A stretch of DNA of 12,702 bases from a candidate division WOR-3 bacterium. Its GTDB lineage: Bacteria > Hydrothermota > UBA3072 > B12-G15. Positions 5,724 to 12,702 of the stretch are shown in pieces; the stretch's first letter is position 1; each line of letters opens with the position of its first letter. The notes below the pieces were generated by a model. That model was not told the origin of the DNA. It saw only the letters and a program-made list of their open reading frames with translations, and searched no databases. Both the position numbers and the translations under genes were made by a program. The stretch lies in NCBI GenBank assembly GCA_965649055.1, contig CBFGJG010000052.1, positions 1 to 12,702 on the forward strand, given 5' to 3'.

Positions 5724-6641
5724 ATGGAATATTCAAAAGAATTAAGAGATAACAGGGCATATAAAATCTTTGGTAGATATGAAGAAAACCTTTCTTTCCT
5801 TGAAGAAACCTTAAAAGTCAAAATCATACATAGAGGAGAAATAATTAAAATTATTGGTGAAAAAAATGAAGTTGATAATGCAATAACTAAGATAACAAAT
5901 ATTTTAAAAACCATAGAAAATTCTGATTTTCTGTCCATATCAGAATTAAGGATATTTATGAACGGGAAACTACAAAAGGAAGATGAAATATTCTTACCTA
6001 AAAAAGTTATAAAGCCAAAAACTGAAACGCAGAAAATTTACTTAAAGGCTATTGAAAAGAATATCATTACATTCTCAATAGGTCCTGCAGGAACTGGAAA
6101 AACATACCTTGCAGTAGCTTCGGCTTTAAAAGAATTACTTTCAAGAAAATTTTCAAGGATTATTCTTACTAGACCTGCAGTAGAAGCAGGAGAAAATCTC
6201 GGATTCTTGCCAGGCAGTTTCATAGAAAAAGTAGACCCTTATTTAAGACCTCTTTATGATGCATTGTTTGATATGCTACCAAATGAAAAGGTAAGTAAAT
6301 ATATAGAAACCGGTGTAATAGAAATTGCACCACTCGCGTTTATGCGTGGAAGAACTTTGAATGATTCGTTTATTATTCTTGATGAAGCACAGAACACAAC
6401 ACATACTCAATTGAAAATGCTTCTTACAAGATTGGGAGAAAATTCAAAGGCAGTGGTAACAGGTGATATAACACAGATAGATCTTCCCTCTACAACAGCA
6501 TCTGGACTTGTTGAGGTTCAAAAAATATTAAAGGGGCTTGAAGGTGTAGAGTTTATTTATCTAACAAATGAAGATGTTGTTCGTAATGAATATGTAAGAA
6601 GAATAGTCGAAAGATATGAGAAATTTGAACAAAATAGATAA
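5724..6641 (+). CDS. phoH: PhoH-family ATPase (YbeZ/PhoH-like)
   Basis: Walker A GPAGTGKT, LTRPAVEAGENLGFLPG, EIAPLAFMRGRTL, ILDEAQN, GDITQIDLP, DVVR. N-terminal IFG...NL..LE....KI..RG segment. Confidence 0.95.
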   Translation: MEYSKELRDNRAYKIFGRYEENLSFLEETLKVKIIHRGEIIKIIGEKNEVDNAITKITNILKTIENSDFLSISELRIFMNGKLQKEDEIFLPKKVIKPKTETQKIYLKAIEKNIITFSIGPAGTGKTYLAVASALKELLSRKFSRIILTRPAVEAGENLGFLPGSFIEKVDPYLRPLYDALFDMLPNEKVSKYIETGVIEIAPLAFMRGRTLNDSFIILDEAQNTTHTQLKMLLTRLGENSKAVVTGDITQIDLPSTTASGLVEVQKILKGLEGVEFIYLTNEDVVRNEYVRRIVERYEKFEQNR

Positions 6642-8589
6642 AGGGTTTATTTCTTCTTTTATTCTGTTATATATAATAATCAATTTATTTTATCCATATT
6701 TTTCAAGAATAATAAAATACAATGTAGGAGACATAGCAAAAGAAGATATAATAGCACCATTTGATTTCCCAGTTTTAAAAAATGAGGAAGAATTGAGAAA
6801 AGAAATGAATATAACAATATTATCTGTCCCACCTGTTTTGAAGGCTGTAGAATACTATATTGAGTTTTCAGGTTTAAAGAAAAATATACCAAATAATATA
6901 AAGAAAATTATTATAGATGCGAGGAACAAAGGAATAGTATTTGATAAAAAATCGCTACCTCAAAGTTTTGGTGATTATTATGAGATAATAAGAAATAATG
7001 AAAGTAAAATTTTATCAAAAAATGATTTTTATTCTTATAATGAGATAAAAAACTTATTGCTTTCCGAACTTCTTAAAAAATTTGATTCTACATCAGCATT
7101 TGAGATACTGAAGGAAATTGAGCCTTTTTTACAACCCAATCTTTTACTCGATATTTCTGAAACAGAAAAAAGAAGAGAAAATGCGCGGAAAACTGTTTCA
7201 AGAGAAAAATCTTTTATTAAAAAAGGTCAAACCATAGTAAGAAGAAATGACATAATAACTCAAGATATTCTTGATATAATAAATTCACTTGTTCTTGCTG
7301 AAAAAACACTAAAAAAATCAAACTTTATAAGGAAATTTTTAAAGACTCAAACTTTCATTATAATATTAATCTTGATATTTTTATTTATTTTAAAAGACTC
7401 CTGGGAAGAGTCTATGAGAAAGAAAAAATATATTATAATTAACTCAATTATAACATTTACACTTTTCTTTTTATTCCGATTGTTCCAGGAATTAGGTTTT
7501 TCTATACTTGTCCCAATATCTTGTGGAGCAATGATGTTATCACTTTTTGGAGGAATGCTCACGGGTATTATATATTCAATCTTTGTTTCTTCCGGGTTTC
7601 TTTTATTTAACCCAAATGAAAGTTTAAATATTCTTCCACTTTTATTTGGAAGTTTAGTTGGTTCTATATATATAATAAAGGTGAAGGATCGTAAAGAAAT
7701 AATAAATTTAGTAATATATGTATCACTTACAACTGGATTTATTGCTTTATCGAACGGCATAATTCAAAACAAAAGCATAATCAAGATATTTACAGATTTT
7801 ATTTTTTCAATTCTAAATGGCGGTATCTCGGTTGCAATATTGTTTTCTTTGCTTTTAGTCTTTGAGAGATTTTTCGGGATCTTTACAAATTTCTCTTATG
7901 TTGAATTTGCAAATTTAAATCAGCCTCTCTTATCAAAACTTATACTGAATGCTCCTGGAACATACCATCATTCTGTTATGGTTGGGAACCTTTCAGAAGC
8001 AGCTGCAGAAGCAATAGGAGCTAATCCAATTATAGCGAAGGTTGGGGGTTATTACCACGATATTGGAAAATTAGAAAGACCTGAATATTTTATTGAAAAC
8101 ATCAATCCACAAATAAATCCACACAATGAACTTCCACCAAAACTATCTGTTGCTATACTGAGATCACATATTATTGATGGAGTAAGTATTGCAAAAGAAT
8201 ACCATCTGCCAGACGAAATTATTAGAATTATATGGGAGCACCATGGTAATACAATAATAAGGTCTTTCTTTGAGAAGGCTAAAGAAATCTATGATTCTCC
8301 AGATGAAAAAGAATATTCTTATGAATGCCCTACCCCATCTTCAAAAGAGTCTTCAATAGTTATGCTTGCAGATTCAGTTGAGGCTGCATCTAAAAGTGCG
8401 GAATTTGAGAGTGAAGAAGATATTAAAAAACTTGTTGAAAAAGTTGTTGAAATGAAACTACAAGAAAAACAACTCGATAACGGTAACATCTCTTTAAAAG
8501 ATTTGAGCATAATAAAAGAAGTTTTTTCAAAAAGACTGATAGCAGCTTATCATACAAGAATTAAATACCCAAAAGTTTCGCTAAAATGA
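6616..8589 (+). CDS. 7TM-HD phosphohydrolase (YqfF/PgpH-like, probable cyclic-di-AMP phosphodiesterase)
   Basis: N-terminal TM, extracytoplasmic domain (GDIAKEDIIAP...IKKGQTIVRR), multi-TM region, then HD domain APGTYHHS, YYHDIGK, YFIEN, SH, EHHG, LADSVEAA. Sits in the conserved phoH-HD-ybeY order. Overlaps phoH by 26 bp. Confidence 0.88.
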   Translation: MRNLNKIDKGFISSFILLYIIINLFYPYFSRIIKYNVGDIAKEDIIAPFDFPVLKNEEELRKEMNITILSVPPVLKAVEYYIEFSGLKKNIPNNIKKIIIDARNKGIVFDKKSLPQSFGDYYEIIRNNESKILSKNDFYSYNEIKNLLLSELLKKFDSTSAFEILKEIEPFLQPNLLLDISETEKRRENARKTVSREKSFIKKGQTIVRRNDIITQDILDIINSLVLAEKTLKKSNFIRKFLKTQTFIIILILIFLFILKDSWEESMRKKKYIIINSIITFTLFFLFRLFQELGFSILVPISCGAMMLSLFGGMLTGIIYSIFVSSGFLLFNPNESLNILPLLFGSLVGSIYIIKVKDRKEIINLVIYVSLTTGFIALSNGIIQNKSIIKIFTDFIFSILNGGISVAILFSLLLVFERFFGIFTNFSYVEFANLNQPLLSKLILNAPGTYHHSVMVGNLSEAAAEAIGANPIIAKVGGYYHDIGKLERPEYFIENINPQINPHNELPPKLSVAILRSHIIDGVSIAKEYHLPDEIIRIIWEHHGNTIIRSFFEKAKEIYDSPDEKEYSYECPTPSSKESSIVMLADSVEAASKSAEFESEEDIKKLVEKVVEMKLQEKQLDNGNISLKDLSIIKEVFSKRLIAAYHTRIKYPKVSLK

Positions 8590-8972
8590 GATTAAAATTG
8601 AATGTTTTACCTATGTATAATAAAGAACTAAAAAAAGTAGCACAAAAAGTTATTAAAGGTGAAGGTATTAAGGGAGAAATTAATATAACTATTGTTGATG
8701 ATAAATATATTAAAGAATTAAATAAAAAATATCTTAGTAAAGATTCTGTGACAGATGTTATATCTTTTTATTTTAAGCAAAACGAAAATTTTGAGACTAT
8801 TGGCGGTGATATCTATATATCGATTGAGCAGGCCTCAAGACAAAAAAAGGGAGACCTAATTGACGAGCTTAAGCTTCTTGTTGTTCATGGATTGTTACAC
8901 CTTGCAGGTTATAATGATACAAGCAAAAAAGAAATTAAGATTATGAGAAAGAAGGAAAAAGAATATTTATGA
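8586..8972 (+). CDS. ybeY: rRNA maturation RNase YbeY (variant motif)
   Basis: LNKKYL.KD..TDVISF, GDIYIS, HGLLHLAGYND. ATGA overlaps at both ends. Confidence 0.92.
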   Translation: MRLKLNVLPMYNKELKKVAQKVIKGEGIKGEINITIVDDKYIKELNKKYLSKDSVTDVISFYFKQNENFETIGGDIYISIEQASRQKKGDLIDELKLLVVHGLLHLAGYNDTSKKEIKIMRKKEKEYL

Positions 8973-9877
8973 ATCTTATTTTTTTACCGATCCTCTTTTT
9001 TTTCTCATTCTTTTTTTCATCACTTGAAGCTGCTATTTTTTCCTTAAACCCTTATAAATATGTATATTTGCAGTCAGTAGGGAATAAATTAACGAAAATC
9101 GTGTTTTCATCGAAACAAAGGATATTAACCACAATACTTATATCAAACACTTTTGTAAATGTTCTTTTATCACAGATTTCTGAAAGGCTATTTTTTAGTA
9201 AGATTCCAACTTTTGCAATAACTTTATTAACTACTATTTTTATCTTAATTTTTGGTGAATATTCTCCCAAAATATTTGGAGTGAAAAGAAAAAATATTAT
9301 CTTAAAATATTCACTCCCCATATTTTTTGTTTTTTATTTCATAGAATTACCAATAAATTTTATTTTATCAATTTTTGTCCCTTTTAAGGAAGATAGGAAG
9401 ATATTTAGAGGAAAGAAATTTTTGGAAGATTTATTCATGATAAGTTCAAAAGAAGGAACTTTACAAGAGATAGAATCGAAATTTTCAAATTCAATTATTG
9501 AAATTTCTAAGATGAAAGCTATTGAAATAATGATACCTAAAGAGAAATACTATTTCATAAATGAAAATTCACGCATAGAAGATGTTTTAGCTTTTCTTCC
9601 AGCAAATATAAAAAGATTTCCCGCTTACAGAAAAGAACCTGAAAATGTAGTAGGAATAATTGACATAAAAGATATATTATGCGAAAAGGGCGAACTAAAA
9701 AAACACATAAAACCAGCATTATTTGTAAATGAAAATACCTATGTTTCAGAATTACTTAAATATCTAAAAAGAGTTAACGAAAAGATGTTACTTATTACAG
9801 ATGATAAACAGAACTTAAAAGGCGTAATAGATATTGAACATATTGAAAACGAATTTATTAAGAGGATAATGGTATAA
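8969..9877 (+). CDS. CNNM/DUF21 + CBS-pair membrane protein (CorB/TlyC family), lacking the C-terminal CorC_HlyC domain
   Basis: FFSSLEAA, TILISNTFVN, IFGEYSPK, EIMIP, RFPAY...ENVVGII..KD. Ends right after the second CBS repeat. Confidence 0.82.
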   Translation: MNLIFLPILFFFSFFFSSLEAAIFSLNPYKYVYLQSVGNKLTKIVFSSKQRILTTILISNTFVNVLLSQISERLFFSKIPTFAITLLTTIFILIFGEYSPKIFGVKRKNIILKYSLPIFFVFYFIELPINFILSIFVPFKEDRKIFRGKKFLEDLFMISSKEGTLQEIESKFSNSIIEISKMKAIEIMIPKEKYYFINENSRIEDVLAFLPANIKRFPAYRKEPENVVGIIDIKDILCEKGELKKHIKPALFVNENTYVSELLKYLKRVNEKMLLITDDKQNLKGVIDIEHIENEFIKRIMV

Positions 9878-9880
9878 TTT

Positions 9881-11017
9881 ATGATTATATTATTTATATT
9901 ATTGTTATTACTAATAATGATTTTCAACTCAGCAGAGATTGCCTTTGTCTCTTCCAATCGATATGTTATTAAAAAAATTAAAGATCGCCATAAAGTATAC
10001 GAAGTTCTATATTCTCTACTTGAAAAACCGGAAGTGTATTTTTCTGTTATTCTTACAGGGATTAACCTTTCGATAGTTTCTTTTTCAATTCTAAATTCAT
10101 TTAGACAAAACATTTTAGCTTCATCTATACTATCAACAATATTAATTCTTTTATTTGGCGAAATAATACCTAAAACTATTACTTTAAGAAAACCGGAGTT
10201 TTTTGCTTCATTTTATGCTATTCCTATAAAGTTTCTCTATTATATATTCTATCCGATTATCTTTACTATGAGGTTATTATCCCATTGGTTTTTAAAATTA
10301 TTAAGGATTGAGGAAAAAGATAAAGACATTACAAAATCTGAAATTGAATTAATACTCAGAAAGAATTTCGAGGAAAAATTATTAAAAAAAGAGGAATATT
10401 TGTTTCTTAGGAAAATAATTTCATTGAGCAACAGAAAAGTAAAGGATATTATGATTCCAAGAACAAAAATAATATCTGTGGAGATTAATGAAGGAATTGA
10501 TAAATTGTTTGAAATATATTGTAAAAAAAGATGCACAAAAATTCCTGTTTACAAAGATAATATTGATAATATAATAGGTATTGTGAATGTAAGAGAAGCT
10601 TTTAGAAGCAAGAATACTAACTTGAAGGATTTACTACTTATGCCTGTTTTTATATCCGAAAATAAATCATGCGATGAGGCAATCTTGGAGTTATTAAAAA
10701 ATGATACAAAAACTGCTATAGTTGTTGATGAGTTTGGTGGAACAGCGGGATTTATAAAACTTGATGATATTTTCATTAATTTTTTATCCGAGACTTTTAT
10801 TCATGATAAACAACAAAAAGGTTCTTTCATATTAAAAGGGGATGTTATTTTGAATACTATTGGAATAAATTCAGATGAAACAGTTTCAGCTTATATTATA
10901 AAGCATATAAAAACTATTCCAGAAGAAGGTGAATCTTTCACTATTGAAGACTATGAATTTAAAATAATAGATGCAACAGATAGAGAAATAAGAAAGGTAA
11001 TGGTGAGGAAAAAATGA
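9881..11017 (+). CDS. CNNM/DUF21 + CBS-pair + CorC_HlyC-like protein (CorB/TlyC family)
   Basis: FNSAEIA, LFGEIIPK, VKDIMIPR, KIPVYKDNIDNIIGIV, AIVVDEFGGTAG, C-terminal ETVSAYI.....IPEEGE.F....YEFKI......I.KV. Confidence 0.88.
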   Translation: MIILFILLLLLIMIFNSAEIAFVSSNRYVIKKIKDRHKVYEVLYSLLEKPEVYFSVILTGINLSIVSFSILNSFRQNILASSILSTILILLFGEIIPKTITLRKPEFFASFYAIPIKFLYYIFYPIIFTMRLLSHWFLKLLRIEEKDKDITKSEIELILRKNFEEKLLKKEEYLFLRKIISLSNRKVKDIMIPRTKIISVEINEGIDKLFEIYCKKRCTKIPVYKDNIDNIIGIVNVREAFRSKNTNLKDLLLMPVFISENKSCDEAILELLKNDTKTAIVVDEFGGTAGFIKLDDIFINFLSETFIHDKQQKGSFILKGDVILNTIGINSDETVSAYIIKHIKTIPEEGESFTIEDYEFKIIDATDREIRKVMVRKK

Positions 11018-11847
11018 GAACAATTACTTTCATAGTTTTAGGAAGCTTATTATCAGCACTTGGATTTGAACTTTTTCTTGTTCCTTTGAAAATTACACCT
11101 GGTGGTATAGGAAGCGTTGCAATTGTTATTTATAATCTATTCAAGATTCCATTCGGTCTAACCTATGCTATTCTCAATATTCCTATATTTCTTCTTGGGA
11201 TAAAAAATCTTGGTTTCAAATTTGGTTTTTTTACAATATTATCAATAGTTCTGATTTCAATATTTTCTCTTTTTATTAAATATGTTATAAGGCCACCTAT
11301 ATTAACAAGCGATGCTCTGCTTGCAAGTTTATATGGTGCCGTGTTGTTAGGTGCAGGAATTGGGTTTGTTTTTAAAGGTGGTGGTTCTACGGGTGGAACT
11401 GATATACTTGGAAGAATTATGAATAAATATACGGGAATTACCACAGGTTTGTCTATATTTATAATAGACTCATTTATAATCTGTATTTCAGGTTTTACAT
11501 TTCAGTCATTCGAATTAATACTTTTCAGTTTCATTGCTCTTTTTGTATCAAGTAAGATTATTGACACAATACTTGAAGGCGCTGATTACGCAAGAAGTGT
11601 TATGATTACGACAAAATCAGGCGAAATTGTTTCAAATGCAATTATGGAAAAACTAAATAGAGGGGCAACTTTGATAAAAGGAATAGGAATGTATACCGGT
11701 GAACCAAGAGATATAGTTATTGTTGTAATATCCATTAGAGAATTAGAAATATTGAGGTATCTTGTAAAAAGCATAGATCCAGATGCCTTTGTAGTTATAT
11801 ATAATGTTCATGAAGTTCTTGGGAAAGGATTTAGATCAAGATACTAA
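11014..11847 (+). CDS. YitT family membrane protein (DUF161 + C-terminal DUF2179)
   Basis: FLVP..ITPGG, LNIPIF, LYGAVLLGAGIG.VF..GGSTGGTDI, RGAT...G.GMYT, IDPDAFV....VHEV.G.GF. Confidence 0.9.
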   Translation: MRTITFIVLGSLLSALGFELFLVPLKITPGGIGSVAIVIYNLFKIPFGLTYAILNIPIFLLGIKNLGFKFGFFTILSIVLISIFSLFIKYVIRPPILTSDALLASLYGAVLLGAGIGFVFKGGGSTGGTDILGRIMNKYTGITTGLSIFIIDSFIICISGFTFQSFELILFSFIALFVSSKIIDTILEGADYARSVMITTKSGEIVSNAIMEKLNRGATLIKGIGMYTGEPRDIVIVVISIRELEILRYLVKSIDPDAFVVIYNVHEVLGKGFRSRY

Positions 11848-12549
11848 ATGCTTTATAAAGACGAAGGCATAATATTAAGAAATATACCTTTTAAGAATAC
11901 AAGCATTGTAAGTCATATATACACAAGGAATAATGGTAATTTATCTTTCATCATCAAAGGCTATAAAAAGAGTAAACTACTTGGGAATATTGAATCCGGT
12001 TATCATATTTCATTAGTATATTACAAAAAAGAAAACCAGGAAATGGGGATAATAAAAGAAGTTAATATTTTATCTCCATATTATAATATTAGGTGTGATG
12101 GAAAAAAGATTAAAATATTATTCTCAATATTATACTTACTTGAACATTCGCCAAGAAGTTTAAAACTATGGGATGTTAGCCTAAAAGTGATCGATTATCT
12201 CGAGAATAATAATAATTATACCATATTTGGATATTTTTTGATGAATTTTTTATACATAGAAGGTGTTTTTCCTGTTTTAAAAAAATGCAGCGTATGCGGT
12301 TCTAAAGAAATAAAGTATTTCTCAATCGTTAAAAATGGAACGGTTTGCATTGAGCATAAAACAGAAGAGGCTACTGAAATTGATGGTTGGTTTAATACAT
12401 TTTTAAGAATTTACAATGGAAAATTAACAGAATTACCACAAAATTCTTACAATTTTCTCTTAGACCTTCTGATAAGATATGGAGAATATCATCTTGGTGA
12501 CTGGGTATCGCACTTGAGAAATATATTATCACCCGATATTTCACAATAA
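11848..12549 (+). CDS. recO: DNA repair protein RecO
   Basis: N-terminal OB-fold pattern EGIILR..PF..TS.V..IYT...G.....KG, helical region, G..P.L..C-x2-C...F....G..C-x2-H zinc finger, 233 aa. recO commonly lies downstream of phoH-ybeY loci. Confidence 0.85.
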   Translation: MLYKDEGIILRNIPFKNTSIVSHIYTRNNGNLSFIIKGYKKSKLLGNIESGYHISLVYYKKENQEMGIIKEVNILSPYYNIRCDGKKIKILFSILYLLEHSPRSLKLWDVSLKVIDYLENNNNYTIFGYFLMNFLYIEGVFPVLKKCSVCGSKEIKYFSIVKNGTVCIEHKTEEATEIDGWFNTFLRIYNGKLTELPQNSYNFLLDLLIRYGEYHLGDWVSHLRNILSPDISQ

Positions 12550-12701
12550 TATTTTCCCTCTTTCCAATCTCCTACAATAATAAATTTCTTAACACCATTT
12601 TTGTACATATATTGCATATGTACATGTCCAATTATAACAACATCTATTCCCTTATTGAAATTTTTCTCAGCAAAATCTATATATTTGTTAATTTTTATCC
12701 C
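12489..12701 (-). CDS. lpxH: 3' end of a UDP-2,3-diacylglucosamine hydrolase-like metallophosphoesterase (LpxH family); partial, not in the ORF track
   Basis: Minus-strand frame from 12701 reads GIKINKYIDFAEKNFNKGIDVVIIGHVHMQYMYKNGVKKFIIVGDWKEGKYYCEISGDNIFLKCDTQSPR, then TGA (12491-12489). D..I.GHxH followed by GDW is the typical LpxH-family C-terminus. Confidence 0.75.
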   Translation of the reverse strand, partial: GIKINKYIDFAEKNFNKGIDVVIIGHVHMQYMYKNGVKKFIIVGDWKEGKYYCEISGDNIFLKCDTQSPR

Positions 12702-12702
12702 C

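Noticed and set aside
793..11774. Short ORF-track entries nested in or antisense to the main genes (e.g. 793-1002, 2243-2464, 2889-3161, 3326-3547, 3907-4146, 4816-5022, 5023-5262, 5714-5938, 6038-6223, 6680-6892, 7347-7760, 8319-8510, 9052-9321, 9739-10113, 10249-10536, 10549-10776, 11163-11444, 11586-11774)
   Set aside because: They overlap well-supported genes, have no recognisable motifs, and have the composition expected of shadow frames.
12602..12624. Perfect 9-bp inverted repeat TGTACATAT-attgc-ATATGTACA
   Set aside because: AT-rich stem inside the LpxH-like coding sequence with no downstream U-tract on either strand; most likely chance.
1..12702. CRISPR array, tRNA/rRNA, IS element, prophage or defence system
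   Set aside because: No regularly spaced repeats, structured RNA-like GC-rich blocks, transposase/integrase motifs or phage genes seen; intergenic gaps are all under 75 bp.

Overview
Very AT-rich, gene-dense bacterial chromosomal window in standard genetic code 11 (TAA, TGA and TAG all end genes). No mobile element, CRISPR array, tRNA or rRNA was seen. Left to right: the 3' end of an unidentified + strand ORF; a minus-strand O-antigen ligase/polymerase-like membrane protein; a divergent class-V PLP enzyme without the desulfurase cysteine; an SDR-type L-threonine 3-dehydrogenase plus 2-amino-3-ketobutyrate CoA ligase (threonine to glycine + acetyl-CoA); a two-gene unit with its own promoter, strong RBSs and terminator, encoding a 78-aa coiled-coil lipoprotein ending in Lys and a secreted coiled-coil-LysM protein; a tightly coupled operon phoH - 7TM-HD phosphodiesterase (PgpH-like) - ybeY - two CNNM/CBS genes - YitT - recO; and the 3' end of a convergent LpxH-like gene missed by the ORF track, which suggests a lipid A-making diderm. 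The best candidate for an undescribed system is the lipoprotein + LysM pair, which looks like a two-part analogue of Braun's lipoprotein (outer membrane-peptidoglycan tether). Next best is a symmetric 73-bp intergenic region with two back-to-back promoters that both predict leaderless mRNAs. All functional calls rest on motif recognition by eye; no searches were run.
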